A DNA stretch of 63,205 nucleotides, filler included. It is 5 parts of 5 records of this genome, joined end to end, with 100 filler letters (N's around TTAATTAATTAA, not from the genome) between each part and the next. Parts side by side here need not be neighbours in the genome. Positions count along the whole stretch, not along the records: positions 36,531 to 54,770 come from SRR2962707_1787; 4 more parts are not named here. One strand, 5' to 3'. Each line of letters begins with the position of its first letter. Positions within the stretch are counted from its first letter, which is position 1. A program made the translations under genes and the position numbers. This document shows positions 41,742 through 52,435 of the stretch, in pieces. Under the pieces are notes generated by a model that was not told where the DNA came from, did no database searches, and was given only the letters and a program-made list of their open reading frames with translations.

Positions 41742-43178
41742 TCAAAGCAGGGGCGCCAATAGTCGTACCGCCCGGCAGCCCAGCCGGAACAGGATAGAGC
41801 GCTGGCGATAGTCGTTTTCGGTCATGGGCCGGCTGGCGCCCAGATCTTCCTCCAGCATGGTTTCCACCTGCTGGATGAACGCCGGGCTGGTGTTGACGGC
41901 GGTAATCTCGAAGTTAAGGCGCATGGACCGGTTGTCGAGGTTGGCGGTGCCGATGGCGGCGTAGCGGCTGTCCACCAGAACCACTTTCTGGTGCATGAAG
42001 CCGGGCTGGTAACGATAGATGCCGATGCCGGCCTGACTGGCCTGTACCAGATAGGAATAGGCGGCCAGCCGGACCAGTGGGCTGTCGGTTTTCTCCGGTA
42101 TCAGGATGCGAACATCCACCCCCCTGAGCGCCGCCAACTGCAGGGCATTCATGATCTGGAAATCCGGCACAAAATAGGGCGAGGCAATCCAGATCCTGGT
42201 GCGCGCGTTGTTGATGCAGTTCAGGAAGAACAGGGTGCAGGTTTCCCAGGTGTCTGCCGGGCCGGTGGGCAATACCAGTACTTCCTGGTCGCCCGGAGGC
42301 TGAGATACGGACGCCCAGTTCAGTTCCGGCCGGGTATTGCTGGCCCAGTTCCAGTCCTCCAGCCAGGCCAGCTGGAGGCCGGTGACAGCCGGCCCTTCGA
42401 TCCGGCAATGGGTGTCGCGCCAGGGTTCCTGGTCCATGGCGGTGCCCAGGTATTCGTCGCCCAGATTGATGCCACCGACAAATCCCACCTTGCCATCGCA
42501 GACCAGGAGCTTGCGATGATTACGGAAGTTCATCTGGAAGCGCCGACGCCGGATGTTGCCGTCACCAAACGAGGCAATGCGGGCGCCGGCAGCAGACAGT
42601 TCATTCAGCCATTTGCGGGACAGAAACGCGCTGCCAATGTCGTCATACAGGAACCAGACCTCGACGCCCTGGGCCAGCTTGCGTTCAAGGATGGCCTTGA
42701 TGCGCTGGCCGACACGGTCTGAGCGGACAATGTAGAACTCCAGCAGCAGATAATGGCGGGCGTCTTCCATGGCATCGAACAGGGCTTCAAAGGTGGCTTC
42801 GCCGTCTCGCAGCAGCGTGCAGTGGTTGCCAGCGGTGAACGGTTGCCGGCCGAGTTTGCACAACACCTGCAACTCGTCGCTGAAATGCTCCTGGCCCGGA
42901 TTGGTGATGGAGGTGGTCTGGTTTTCAAAATTATCGAGCAGGCTGGTCAGAGACTTGTTACCCATGCGGCGAGCCTTGACGTAACCACCAAAGCGATAAC
43001 GACCAAACAACAGGAACATGGGCACGGCAATGTAGGGCAGGCCCACCAGCGCAAGAATCCAGGCTATGGCTCCCTGGGCCGTCCGATAGGTGAGCAGGAT
43101 GCGGTAAACACAGGCCAGCGCCGCCAGGTACAGCGCTGCCAGCGGAATGGCCAGTAGCGAAAGGTTCTCTGTGATCAT
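41742..43178 (-). CDS. cls: Cardiolipin synthase
   Basis: Two HKD motifs (RNHRKLLVCDG, MHQKVVLVD), SPYFVPD, N-terminal TM hairpin. Confidence 0.92.
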   Translation of the reverse strand: MITENLSLLAIPLAALYLAALACVYRILLTYRTAQGAIAWILALVGLPYIAVPMFLLFGRYRFGGYVKARRMGNKSLTSLLDNFENQTTSITNPGQEHFSDELQVLCKLGRQPFTAGNHCTLLRDGEATFEALFDAMEDARHYLLLEFYIVRSDRVGQRIKAILERKLAQGVEVWFLYDDIGSAFLSRKWLNELSAAGARIASFGDGNIRRRRFQMNFRNHRKLLVCDGKVGFVGGINLGDEYLGTAMDQEPWRDTHCRIEGPAVTGLQLAWLEDWNWASNTRPELNWASVSQPPGDQEVLVLPTGPADTWETCTLFFLNCINNARTRIWIASPYFVPDFQIMNALQLAALRGVDVRILIPEKTDSPLVRLAAYSYLVQASQAGIGIYRYQPGFMHQKVVLVDSRYAAIGTANLDNRSMRLNFEITAVNTSPAFIQQVETMLEEDLGASRPMTENDYRQRSILFRLGCRAVRLLAPLL

Positions 43179-44215
43179 GACTCGTGTCCCTGATGACTGG
43201 CCCGGAACTGGGCCGGGGCGACACCGGTCCAGCGCTTGAACGCACGGCTGAAGGCGCTCAGCTCGGAGAACCCCAGGAGAAAGGCGATTTCGCCAAGTGC
43301 GTACTGGTCGTCGGCGACATAGCGCAGGGCCTTGTCCTTGCGGACCTGCTCCACCAGGGCGTGGAAACTCATGCCTTCTTTCTTGAGTTTTCGGTACAGG
43401 GTCTGGCGGCTCATATGACACTGCCGGGCCAGGGTGTCGGCGTCAATCCGGTCGGTGGCCATCTGCCGGGAAATCAGGCGACGCACCTTTCGGCTGAACG
43501 AGCGGCGGGTCTGTAGCCGGGCCATGACCGCATTGACCTGTTTCAGCACCGCTGAGTAAACATAGGGATTCCGGTGCGGGATGGGGTGGCCCAGGTGCTT
43601 GCTGTCAAACGCCATGCGGGTAACGCCACAGCCGAAATGGACGGTGCCACCGAACAGTTTGCGGTATTCAGCGGCATATGCTGGCTCCGGATGGGCAATT
43701 TCCAGCCAGTCAGCCTCGATACTGCGATGGATAAAATGCCGGGTCCGGCACAGGGCGGCGGCCAGGGTGCGGTCCATGTCCTGGCGACAGTAATGATCCG
43801 GACGATCCGGCTGCCAGGTCAGGATGGCCTGGTCCGGGGTTTGCTCAAAACTCAGGGTGACTGATTCGTTGATCAGTCGGTGCAGCCGGACATACTGCAC
43901 CACGGCTTCGCCCAGAGTGTCGCAGTTGAAGAACACATGGCCGACCAGTCCCATGCGCTCGGGGTCGATGACCTGGCCGGCATGCAGGCCGACGCCCGGA
44001 TCGGCGGTCAACTGCTCGGCCAGTTCCCACAAACGGTAATGGGCAGAAGCGGGTACCCGTAGGTCCGGATCTTTCAGAGTCGCCAGTGTCAGCCCGGTAG
44101 CCTGTTCCACCCGGACACGATCCAGAAGACCCCGTGTTTCCAGATAGTGCACCAGCGCCAGTGTGCTGGATGCCGCCACCTGGGGCGATTCCGGATATTC
44201 GGTCTGGGGCTGCAT
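43175..44215 (-). CDS. AraC family regulator (OruR/arabinose-binding-like N-domain)
   Basis: DPGVGLHAG, IAFLLGFSELSAFSRAFKRWTG. Confidence 0.9.
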   Translation of the reverse strand: MQPQTEYPESPQVAASSTLALVHYLETRGLLDRVRVEQATGLTLATLKDPDLRVPASAHYRLWELAEQLTADPGVGLHAGQVIDPERMGLVGHVFFNCDTLGEAVVQYVRLHRLINESVTLSFEQTPDQAILTWQPDRPDHYCRQDMDRTLAAALCRTRHFIHRSIEADWLEIAHPEPAYAAEYRKLFGGTVHFGCGVTRMAFDSKHLGHPIPHRNPYVYSAVLKQVNAVMARLQTRRSFSRKVRRLISRQMATDRIDADTLARQCHMSRQTLYRKLKKEGMSFHALVEQVRKDKALRYVADDQYALGEIAFLLGFSELSAFSRAFKRWTGVAPAQFRASHQGHES

Positions 44216-44599
44216 GCCTGGGTTCTGCTCCCGTTTGTTATCTGGTGGACTGATACAAAATGTCAAATGATTGGGACAGCAAGTCAACGGGTTGCCACTG
44301 CTTCAACGATAGCATGTTGGCTATCAGGTTGAAGTAATGCGTTGCAAAGTGGAGGTGTTGTATGGAACAGGAAATCTTTGTACCCCATAGCGAAATGGAG
44401 CGCAAAAACGTTCTGGCACTCGCTGAATACCTGGACAGCATTTTCTATTGCTGATCTTTCAGGCGTATGTCTGTGACCTTCCAGCCGGGCCATGCCCGGC
44501 TTTTTTCTGCCTGTCGGGTTGGCACCAAATTCCCCTTGCCCCGTAAACTGGCAGTGGTAGTGTATCCGGTTTGATCCGACAACCGGAGGCTGCCAGACC

Positions 44600-45394
44600 A
44601 TGAGTGTTGCACTGAATCACCGTATTTCCGGTCAGGGAGATCCCTTGATCCTGCTGCACGGACTATTTGGTTCCCTGGAAAACCTGGGTGGTATTGCCCG
44701 CCGGCTTGAGGACGGCTGGCAGATCCATGCTCTGGATGAACGCAATCACGGCAGCTCTCCCCATACTGAAGACATGGACTATCCGGCTATGGCCGAGGAT
44801 GTCATTGCCTATCTGGATGCCCGGGGTATTGAAAAAGCCAGTCTGCTGGGCCACTCCATGGGTGGCAAGGTCGCCATGCAGGTTGCTTTGAGGCATCCGG
44901 AGCGGGTGCGGTCATTGATTGTGGCGGATATCTCGCCGGTTACCTACAAGGCCCAACACGACGCCATTCTTGAAGGCATGCAGCAGATGGACCTTCGTGG
45001 AGTGAAATCCCGCAGCGAGGCAGATGCCCGCCTGGCCCGGTTTGTCGAAGTGGCGGGTGTGCGCCAGTTCCTGCTGAAAAACCTGGAGCGTATTCCGGCC
45101 CAGGAACAGGCCGACGATGAGGTGGCCTTCCGCTGGCGGCTGAACCTGTCTGTCATTGATGCCTGTTATGACAAGCTGGCGACAGCGCCGGAAGGGCAGG
45201 GACCTTTTGAGGGACCGGTGCTTTTTATCAAGGGTGCGGATTCCGCCTACATCCAGGAGAAACACCGGGACACCATTCGTACCCTGTTTCCGGGCGCCGA
45301 GTTGAAAATCATTGAAGGCACCGGGCACTGGCTGCACGCGGAAAAGCCGGACGCTTTTGCCATGCTGTGCCGGCGTTTTCTGGAACAGGCCTGA
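44600..45394 (+). CDS. ybfF: Alpha/beta hydrolase, esterase YbfF-like
   Basis: LHGLFGS, RNHGSSP, GHSMGGK, GHWLHAEKP. Confidence 0.85.
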   Translation: MSVALNHRISGQGDPLILLHGLFGSLENLGGIARRLEDGWQIHALDERNHGSSPHTEDMDYPAMAEDVIAYLDARGIEKASLLGHSMGGKVAMQVALRHPERVRSLIVADISPVTYKAQHDAILEGMQQMDLRGVKSRSEADARLARFVEVAGVRQFLLKNLERIPAQEQADDEVAFRWRLNLSVIDACYDKLATAPEGQGPFEGPVLFIKGADSAYIQEKHRDTIRTLFPGAELKIIEGTGHWLHAEKPDAFAMLCRRFLEQA

Positions 45395-45492
45395 TCTTGT
45401 CAGAAACCCTGTGATGTCTGCTAAGGTTAGGCACACGGAGTTATCCGCCGGGTCGCCTGCGGACAAAGAATCATAAAAGGGAACGGGCGCGC

Positions 45493-46584
45493 ATGATGAA
45501 ATGGTTGCTGGTTGGCTTGCTGGTTGTCTTTTTGTTGCTTGGCAGCTTTCTGCTGACCCCGTCTCCGATTGACAGTAAAGCCTGGGATGCGCCCTCTCCA
45601 CCGGCCATGACCGGTGTGCTGGCGCCCAATGAACGGTTGCGGCTGGCGGATCTGCTTGCTCGTGGCGAGGTGTACGGCCCGGAAGACACCACCATCGGCC
45701 CTGATGGTGTGCTCTACACCGGTACCCAGGATGGCTGGATTGTTCGTGTTCACCCTGATGGTACGGTGGAACACTGGCTGGAAACCGGTGGCAGGCCGCT
45801 TGGACTGGTGTTTGACAGCAACGGCAATCTGATTGTCGCCGACGCCTGGAAAGGCCTGTTATCCATTACCTCTCAGGGTGACATCACGGTGCTTACTCGG
45901 GAGGCCGAGGGCACCCCCTTCCGGTTCACGGATGATGTGGTGATCGCCCCCGATGGCCGAATTTATTTCACCGATGCCAGTTCCCGCTTCCAGCAGCCTG
46001 ATTACGTACTCGACTTGCTGGAGATGCGTCCTCACGGCCGGTTGTTGAGGTACAACCCGAAAACCCGGAAAACCGAGGTGTTGCTGGGTAACCTGCATTT
46101 TGCCAATGGCGTGGCAGTATCCCCTCAGGGCGATTATGTACTGGTGAACGAGACCTGGAAATACCGCATTCTCCGGTACTGGATCAGCGGTCCCAAGGCT
46201 GGCCGGGCTGAGGTATTTGCCGACAACCTGCCGGGTTTTCCGGACAACCTGGCGGTGGACGGTGAGGGCCGTTACTGGGTCGCCTTCCCGACCCTGCGTA
46301 ATCCCCGGGTCGATGCCATGCACAAGTCCCCCTGGCTGAAGGATCTGGTTGCCAAGTTGCCGGACAGCCTGAAGCCCAAGCCCCAGAACTACGGTCTGGT
46401 CGTCGCCTTCAATAGCAAGGGCCAGATGCTGACCAGCCTGCACGACACTCGCGGTACTCATCTGCAGGAGATTACCTCAGTTAATCCCCACGACGGTGTT
46501 CTATACTTTGGTTCACTTCACAACGACCGTATTGGCCGGCTACCGTTGCAGGCCATCCCTGGCCTTGGAGAAGCAACCCCATGA
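45493..46584 (+). CDS. Strictosidine synthase-like / SMP-30 beta-propeller
   Basis: GPED, GGRPLGL, IYFTDAS, FANGV, NLPGFPDN. Confidence 0.9.
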   Translation: MMKWLLVGLLVVFLLLGSFLLTPSPIDSKAWDAPSPPAMTGVLAPNERLRLADLLARGEVYGPEDTTIGPDGVLYTGTQDGWIVRVHPDGTVEHWLETGGRPLGLVFDSNGNLIVADAWKGLLSITSQGDITVLTREAEGTPFRFTDDVVIAPDGRIYFTDASSRFQQPDYVLDLLEMRPHGRLLRYNPKTRKTEVLLGNLHFANGVAVSPQGDYVLVNETWKYRILRYWISGPKAGRAEVFADNLPGFPDNLAVDGEGRYWVAFPTLRNPRVDAMHKSPWLKDLVAKLPDSLKPKPQNYGLVVAFNSKGQMLTSLHDTRGTHLQEITSVNPHDGVLYFGSLHNDRIGRLPLQAIPGLGEATP

Positions 46585-47051
46585 CTGATGCCCTCGCCCT
46601 GAACTGGGATTTGCCCAGCCCGTTCACCCTGGAAATCACGGTTCAGGCCGAAGATACCGATCGACTTGGCCATGCCAATAACGTGGTGTACATCCGTTGG
46701 CTGGAGGAAGTGAGCTGGGCTCACATCGAGAGACTGGGCATGACCTGGGCCCTGCACGAGGAAACCGGCAAGGCCATGGCCATTACCCACACCGACGTTG
46801 ACTACCTGATGTCGGCTAATGCCGGCGACCAACTGGTGCTGGGTACCTGGCTGACGGACTGGGATGGTCGTTTCCGCTCGGCCCGACAGTTCCAGCTCAT
46901 TCGCCGGGCCGATGGCAAAACCCTGTTGCGGGGCATGTCCACTCACGCCTGCGTTGATATGAAATCCCAGCGCCCGGCTCGGGCTCCGAAAGCCTTTGTC
47001 GATATTCTGTCCGGCGCCCTGGTGCCCGGCGGCCGGGGCCTGCCGCGCTAG
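46581..47051 (+). CDS. Acyl-CoA thioesterase (4HBT hotdog fold)
   Basis: DTDRLGHANNVVYIRW. Confidence 0.88.
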   Translation: MTDALALNWDLPSPFTLEITVQAEDTDRLGHANNVVYIRWLEEVSWAHIERLGMTWALHEETGKAMAITHTDVDYLMSANAGDQLVLGTWLTDWDGRFRSARQFQLIRRADGKTLLRGMSTHACVDMKSQRPARAPKAFVDILSGALVPGGRGLPR

Positions 47052-47132
47052 GGCCGTCGCCGGAAATATCTGCTAGTCTCATCCTTGATGCCCTTCGAGG
47101 GACATCTGACCCCATGCACTCCGGAGGCAATC

Positions 47133-48113
47133 ATGGAACCTACCGACGTTAGTCAATCAATCCTCATGCAGCACGTGATCTACGGCGAGTTTGGTGAGCG
47201 GGAGGTGCTTCAGGTGGCGCAGGCTCCGGTGCCTGAGCCCCGGGAGGGTGAAGTGGTTATCCGAGTGCATGGCGCCGGTTTGAACCCGATTGACTGGAAA
47301 ACCCGGAAGGGGCTGGGGTTCGCCGCCCGACAGATCGAAAACCGGCTGCCCTGGACGCCGGGGTACGACGTTGCCGGTGAGGTCGTCGCCGTTGCTGAGG
47401 GCGTGACCACCCTGGCCCCGGGCGACCGGGTGATGGGTATGGTGGGCTTTCCGGCCGGCGGTGGTGCATATGCGGAGTACACACTGGCTCGTGCTGACGA
47501 GTTGGCCATCGTCCCTGATGAGCTTGATCTGGTGACTGCCGGCGCGGTGCCCCTGGCGGCATTGACAGCCTGGCAGGCCCTGTTTGAGGTGGCCAGGCTG
47601 GAATCCGGTCAGAAGATACTGATTCATGCCGGGGCAGGCGGTGTCGGCCATTTTGCGGTTCAGTTTGCGCTGGAGCGTGGTGCCCATGTGGTGGCAACAG
47701 CCTCACCGGCCAATCGGGATTTTCTGGCAGAGCTCGGCGTGCACGAAGTGATTGATTACCACACTACCGACGTGGCTGAGGAGTGCTATGGCCTGGATGT
47801 GGTGCTGGACCTGGTGGGAGGGGAAGCCGGCAAACGCTCCCTGCATACCCTGTCAGAAACCGGCGTGCTGGTGACCATTCCCACTGTGACTGCAGATGAC
47901 ATTGTCAGCGCCGCCGAAGCCATGGGGCTCCGGGCCCACGGCATGACCGTAAGGCCGGACGTGTTTCACCTGGACGAAATTGCCGAGCTCATTGAAGACG
48001 GCGATGTGCGGGTCCACATTGACCAGGCTTTCCCGCTGGATCAGGTACAGGCCGCCCACGCTTTGCTGGAGGGCGGCCACGTCCGTGGCAAGCTGGTACT
48101 CGACTGCCGCTGA
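47133..48113 (+). CDS. NADP-dependent quinone oxidoreductase (MDR family)
   Basis: GLNPIDWK, GYDVAG, LTAWQAL, HAGAGGVGHFAVQ, GHVRGKLVL. Confidence 0.9.
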   Translation: MEPTDVSQSILMQHVIYGEFGEREVLQVAQAPVPEPREGEVVIRVHGAGLNPIDWKTRKGLGFAARQIENRLPWTPGYDVAGEVVAVAEGVTTLAPGDRVMGMVGFPAGGGAYAEYTLARADELAIVPDELDLVTAGAVPLAALTAWQALFEVARLESGQKILIHAGAGGVGHFAVQFALERGAHVVATASPANRDFLAELGVHEVIDYHTTDVAEECYGLDVVLDLVGGEAGKRSLHTLSETGVLVTIPTVTADDIVSAAEAMGLRAHGMTVRPDVFHLDEIAELIEDGDVRVHIDQAFPLDQVQAAHALLEGGHVRGKLVLDCR

Positions 48114-48128
48114 CGGTTGCGAATAGCG

Positions 48129-49997
48129 TCAGGCTGGAGCGGCACCGCTTGCCGTTTTGTCGCCCTTTTCACCGGCAGGTTCTTCCCGGTCCCGACGTTC
48201 CTTCTGGGGTTGTGGGGGAACCAGGCTGATCAGTACCCAGTCGTCACCGGGCTCGAGGGTTTCCATGTCCTTGACCGGGTGAATATGGTCCCGACTGTCG
48301 CGTACGAACAACACCAGGGCCTGGTTCTGATACTGGTTCAGAAACTGCTGGTAGCTGAACTCTTCGCTTAGCTGCGTGGTTTTCACGGTGTAGCCCTGGC
48401 TGACCAGGCTCGCCAGCTTGGCATAGCTGACACCATCGAACAGACCCCGGGTTCGCTGCACCTTGCCTGCGGTCTGAAGCCGCGCCCGCTGATCCTGGTC
48501 GCCTTCCACCAGACCAAATACCGAATCATCTCCGAACCAGTCCAGAAAATGGTAGGTGGCCAGACTGTTCATCTGCTTGTATGGCGACAGTATCAGGAGG
48601 TTGCCGATTCCGGTCAGGTCCATATGTGTGGCGGCATGTTCCGACACCGGATTGCCGAAATACACCGGCAGGTTTTCCATGCGCGCCTGACGCACGTTCT
48701 CCCAGTTGGTGTCGGTCAGCATGGTGGGAATGTCATGCTTTTTCAGGGCCTGGGCCACCAGCCGGGCCACCGGGTTGGCGCCCAGAATCAGGAAGCCGTG
48801 CGCGGGCGGTTCCTGAACCCCCAGCAGTTTTGCCACGGGTCGGGCAGTGAGGCTTTGCAGGGTAACGGTGGTGATGATGAGCATAAACACCAGTGGTACC
48901 AGTACGCCGGCACTCTCATAGCCGATTCGCTCAAGCTGGAATGCGAACAGCGCTGAGACCGCCGCAGCGACAATGCCACGTGGAGCAATCCAGCTCAGGT
49001 ACAGCTTTTCGCGCCAGTTCAGTGTGGTGCCAATGGCCGAGAGGAAAATGCTCGCGGGGCGTGCAATCAGCATGAGGATAGCCAGCACAGCAACCAGGCC
49101 CCAGCCCAGTTCGGCGATGGCAGCAAACTCCACGCGGGCGGCCAGAATGATAAACAGGGCCGAAATGAGCAAGACACTGAGGGATTCCTTGAATTCCAGA
49201 ATGCTGTCGACCGGAACCTGCTTCATGTTAGCCATCCAGATGCCCATCACGGTGACGGTGAGCAGGCCCGATTCATGGGCCAGTTCGTTGGAGATGGCAA
49301 AGACACCCAGCATGAAGGTGAGCGTGCCGGCGTTATGCAGGTACTGCGGGATCCAGTGCTTTCTGAGGACCAGGCCGTTCAGGTAGCCGGCGGCGGCACC
49401 GATGGCAAAGCCTACCAGCAGGGTTTTGCCAAAAATATAGAGGGAATGGCTGAAAACATTGCCTTGGCCCCAGGAAACGATGCCCTCGAACACCAGAACC
49501 GCCAGCAATGCGCCCACCGGGTCAATGATGATGCCTTCCCAGGTGAGGATGTTCGCCAGCTTGGAGGTGGGTCGTACAGCCCGGAGCAGGGGCGCAATCA
49601 CCGTGGGCCCGGTGACCACGGATATGGCGCCGAACAACAGTGCGACTTCCCAGGACACTTCGAGAATCCAGCGGGCGGCCAGGGTACCGATGATGCAGGT
49701 GACAATGGTGCCCACCGGAATCAGGTTACGCACCATCTTGCCGTGGCCTTTGATTTCCTCGTAGCGCAGGGTAAGGCTGCCCTCGAACAGGATGATGGCC
49801 ACTGCCAGGGAGATGACGGGAAACAGCAGGTCGTCAAAAATGGCTTCCGGTTGCAGGAAGCCGGTCACCGGGCCGGCAAGGATGCCACCGGCGAGCAGGA
49901 ACAGGATAGCCGGCATGCGTACCCGCCATGCCAGCCACTGGCAAACCAGGGAAGAAACGCCGATGCCGGCCAGAATTAACGTGGTGCTTACGGCCAT
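48129..49997 (-). CDS. CPA1 cation:proton antiporter (NhaP-like) with C-terminal RCK-like domain
   Basis: ILFEGSLTL, VTGPTVI, WEGIIIDP, APRGIVAAA. Confidence 0.9.
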   Translation of the reverse strand: MAVSTTLILAGIGVSSLVCQWLAWRVRMPAILFLLAGGILAGPVTGFLQPEAIFDDLLFPVISLAVAIILFEGSLTLRYEEIKGHGKMVRNLIPVGTIVTCIIGTLAARWILEVSWEVALLFGAISVVTGPTVIAPLLRAVRPTSKLANILTWEGIIIDPVGALLAVLVFEGIVSWGQGNVFSHSLYIFGKTLLVGFAIGAAAGYLNGLVLRKHWIPQYLHNAGTLTFMLGVFAISNELAHESGLLTVTVMGIWMANMKQVPVDSILEFKESLSVLLISALFIILAARVEFAAIAELGWGLVAVLAILMLIARPASIFLSAIGTTLNWREKLYLSWIAPRGIVAAAVSALFAFQLERIGYESAGVLVPLVFMLIITTVTLQSLTARPVAKLLGVQEPPAHGFLILGANPVARLVAQALKKHDIPTMLTDTNWENVRQARMENLPVYFGNPVSEHAATHMDLTGIGNLLILSPYKQMNSLATYHFLDWFGDDSVFGLVEGDQDQRARLQTAGKVQRTRGLFDGVSYAKLASLVSQGYTVKTTQLSEEFSYQQFLNQYQNQALVLFVRDSRDHIHPVKDMETLEPGDDWVLISLVPPQPQKERRDREEPAGEKGDKTASGAAPA

Positions 49998-50018
49998 AAA
50001 AGGGCCCCGATGGTTGAA

Positions 50019-50825
50019 TTAGGCGTTGGCCTTGCGGGCGATGCGATTCAGCAGCCAGGACGCTGCGAAAAAGCCGAAACTCGCGGTCACCGGGCTGGCA
50101 GCACCAAAACCGGTGGCGCAGTCGAGCCGCACCGGGCCGTCGCTTGTCGGTTTCTGTTGACATACCTCGCCGTCCGGGGCGGGATAGGTCAGTTGTTCCA
50201 GAGAGTATACAGCTTCTACGCCGAAGCGCCGTTTCGGGTTTCGGGAAAAACCGTATTCCCGGCGCAACATATTACGGACCTTGGCCAATAATGGATCCTG
50301 TGTGGTTTTTGCCAGGTCGGCCACCTGGATCTGGGTCGGGTCCATCTGGCCTCCCGCGCCACCGGCACAGACGATCGGAATCTTGCGCCGCTGGCAGTGG
50401 GCAATCAGCGCTGCTTTTGCCTTCACGCTGTCGATGGCATCCACCACGCCGGTCATATCTTCGGTGATCAGCTCGCCGACATTCTTCACCGTGAGAAAGC
50501 CAAAGTGCACCCGAATATCCGCCTGGGGATTGATGGCGCGCAACCGCTCCGCCATGGCATCGGTTTTGGTTCGACCATACTGGCCCTGCATAGCGTGTAG
50601 CTGCCGGTTGGTGTTGGAGACACAGATGTCGTCCATATCAATCAGGGTGATGGTGCCGATACCACTACGCGCCAGAGCTTCTGCCGCCCAGGAACCGACG
50701 CCGCCGAGACCGACAATGGCGATGTGAGCATGGCGGAAAGCATGCAGGGCCTTGCGGCCGTACAGACGCTCTATGCCTCCGAAGCGGAGGTGGTAGTCTT
50801 CGGTTGGCTCAGTAGTACTGCTCAT
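50019..50825 (-). CDS. tcdA: tRNA cyclic threonylcarbamoyladenosine dehydratase TcdA
   Basis: RFGGIERLYG, GLGGVGSW, SNTNRQ, DPLLAKVR, AVYSLEQ, LDCATGFGA. Confidence 0.93.
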   Translation of the reverse strand: MSSTTEPTEDYHLRFGGIERLYGRKALHAFRHAHIAIVGLGGVGSWAAEALARSGIGTITLIDMDDICVSNTNRQLHAMQGQYGRTKTDAMAERLRAINPQADIRVHFGFLTVKNVGELITEDMTGVVDAIDSVKAKAALIAHCQRRKIPIVCAGGAGGQMDPTQIQVADLAKTTQDPLLAKVRNMLRREYGFSRNPKRRFGVEAVYSLEQLTYPAPDGEVCQQKPTSDGPVRLDCATGFGAASPVTASFGFFAASWLLNRIARKANA

Positions 50826-50912
50826 TGAGGACTCGCACTAACCTTATGGGATGCATCGTGAGGATTGGGAGAGGATTGTAACGCAGCTTTCGGCGGGGTA
50901 ACTACAATTGGA

Positions 50913-50938
50913 GGGCGAACTCCGGCAGGAGTTCGCCC
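50913..50938. terminator. Strong hairpin downstream of the lipoprotein gene
   Basis: GGGCGAACTCC-ggca-GGAGTTCGCCC perfect inverted repeat. Confidence 0.65.
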
Positions 50939-50962
50939 GATTTCCTTGGAATCCAAGCTGAC

Positions 50963-52249
50963 TTAAAGTCGCTTGAAGGTGAGGCTCTCGGTTGCTCCGT
51001 CCTCTGTTACCGTGATGGTCAGAGTGTTGCCACTGACGGAACCCTTGAGATCGGCTGTACCCACAAAGTCTGACAGGCCAGCATCCGTGTTGGTGTCGAC
51101 TATAATGTTGCTGACGCTAATCACGTTCGTATTGGTATCGATGCTGTAGGTGCCAACCTCAGCTCCGCTTTCTGATGCAGGAGCATCTTTCAGAAACTCC
51201 GCTTGTACATAAGTGCCATCACTCAGGAACGCCAGAAGTAGAACTTCCTGATCGGCCGGATCAGTATTTTCATAAATCCAGGTGCCAAGGATGCCATCGG
51301 ATGCGAGCCGGATCACGGGAATCGTCTCTACAGGCTCTGGATTGCCCTGTTCATAAACCATCAATTCGGCATCGCCATTGATGGTAATTTCCACGCTTTC
51401 GTCAGGGGTGTTGGGGAAAATGCCAATACTGCCGTTCTCGTTAAAATAGTTGGCTCCAGAAGTCAGAACACTGTTCTCATCAACATTGAAGGCACCAAAC
51501 TCCATGCCTTCCTCGGTCTCTTCGGGGAATTCTTTTTCCTCAACATGCACATAGGTGTTGGTGCTCGCATCGAAAGCAAAGAATATGAAGTGCTCTGTTC
51601 CGTTACCGGTTTCTGCGCTTGTGTCCAGAATCCAGCCGCCTGTAATGGAGGTTTCGTTGGTGAAAGAGACGTTTTCGTTTTCAAGGGTACCTTCAAGGTG
51701 GGACTTGGCATCCTCCACGCTGATCAGCGCAGAAATTGTAGTGTCCTGGCCTCCGTTCTGGACGAGTGTTGTGACCGCGGAAGAGTTAGCGAAATCAGCT
51801 GCCGAAAGGCCAAAATCAACTTGTGTTGCGTTGTTCTTGGCGGTGTCACTGATTGTAATGCCATTACTTGGGTCGCCGTCAGTGTCCAAGGTTTGAAGGA
51901 GTCTGGCGATATTCACAACAGCGTCGTTGGAAGTATCTGTGGTGCCGGCGATATCGAGTGGAGTGACAACACCAGCGGCGGGAACCGGTGGGAACTCCAG
52001 ATCACCGATAAAAAAGGTAACTTCCTCTCCGGCTTCGTATTCGTACTCGCCGTTTGCGTTAGTGATGCCCTCTTTTGTGGCCGTGCGATATCCGATATTG
52101 CCGACCGGACTATCGATGAATACGCCGGTTTCTGCTGAAGATTCTGGTGTGGAAGAACTGCTCCCGCCACCACTGCTGCCTCCACACCCGGCAATACCAA
52201 TAACTGAGGAGATGGCTGCCACTAGCGCCAGTTTTCTAAAACCATTCAT
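50963..52249 (-). CDS. Acidic surface lipoprotein with two tandem lipocalin-like repeats
   Basis: Lipobox IAGC followed by GGSSGGG; GVFIDSPV N-domain; LLQTLDTDGDPSNGITI; repeats GGW…GMEFG and GTW…GAEVGTY. Confidence 0.75.
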   Translation of the reverse strand: MNGFRKLALVAAISSVIGIAGCGGSSGGGSSSSTPESSAETGVFIDSPVGNIGYRTATKEGITNANGEYEYEAGEEVTFFIGDLEFPPVPAAGVVTPLDIAGTTDTSNDAVVNIARLLQTLDTDGDPSNGITISDTAKNNATQVDFGLSAADFANSSAVTTLVQNGGQDTTISALISVEDAKSHLEGTLENENVSFTNETSITGGWILDTSAETGNGTEHFIFFAFDASTNTYVHVEEKEFPEETEEGMEFGAFNVDENSVLTSGANYFNENGSIGIFPNTPDESVEITINGDAELMVYEQGNPEPVETIPVIRLASDGILGTWIYENTDPADQEVLLLAFLSDGTYVQAEFLKDAPASESGAEVGTYSIDTNTNVISVSNIIVDTNTDAGLSDFVGTADLKGSVSGNTLTITVTEDGATESLTFKRL

Positions 52250-52360
52250 AACAACTCCTTGATTCAATGAAATGCTCCGGTTCCCTGTGCGAACCCGGCT
52301 CTGCCCGAAGGCCCCCCTGACAAAGGGTTATTGAGATATAGCAAGACGAACTGGCTGGCG

Positions 52361-52376
52361 CCCCACCCGTTTGGGG
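52361..52376. promoter_or_regulatory. Inverted repeat in the divergent intergenic region (candidate operator)
   Basis: CCCCA-cccgtt-TGGGG between the lipoprotein and the LuxR-type regulator. Confidence 0.35.
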
Positions 52377-52435
52377 AGTGAGCGGTGGTGTTTTGTAGGT
52401 AATGTGTAACGGTTTCCGATTGGATTATTTCGGAG

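Noticed and set aside
43179-43421. N-terminal extension of cls in the ORF track (559 aa)
   Set aside because: It overlaps the AraC gene in another frame. The real start is most likely MITENL at 43178.
44238-44601. Small ORFs between the AraC gene and ybfF
   Set aside because: Overlapping short ORFs with no recognisable motif or clear RBS; probably divergent promoter sequence.
52262-52330. c-di-GMP riboswitch in the lipoprotein leader
   Set aside because: A hairpin is present, but the GEMM core (GGCAAA…GACGCAAAGC) is absent.
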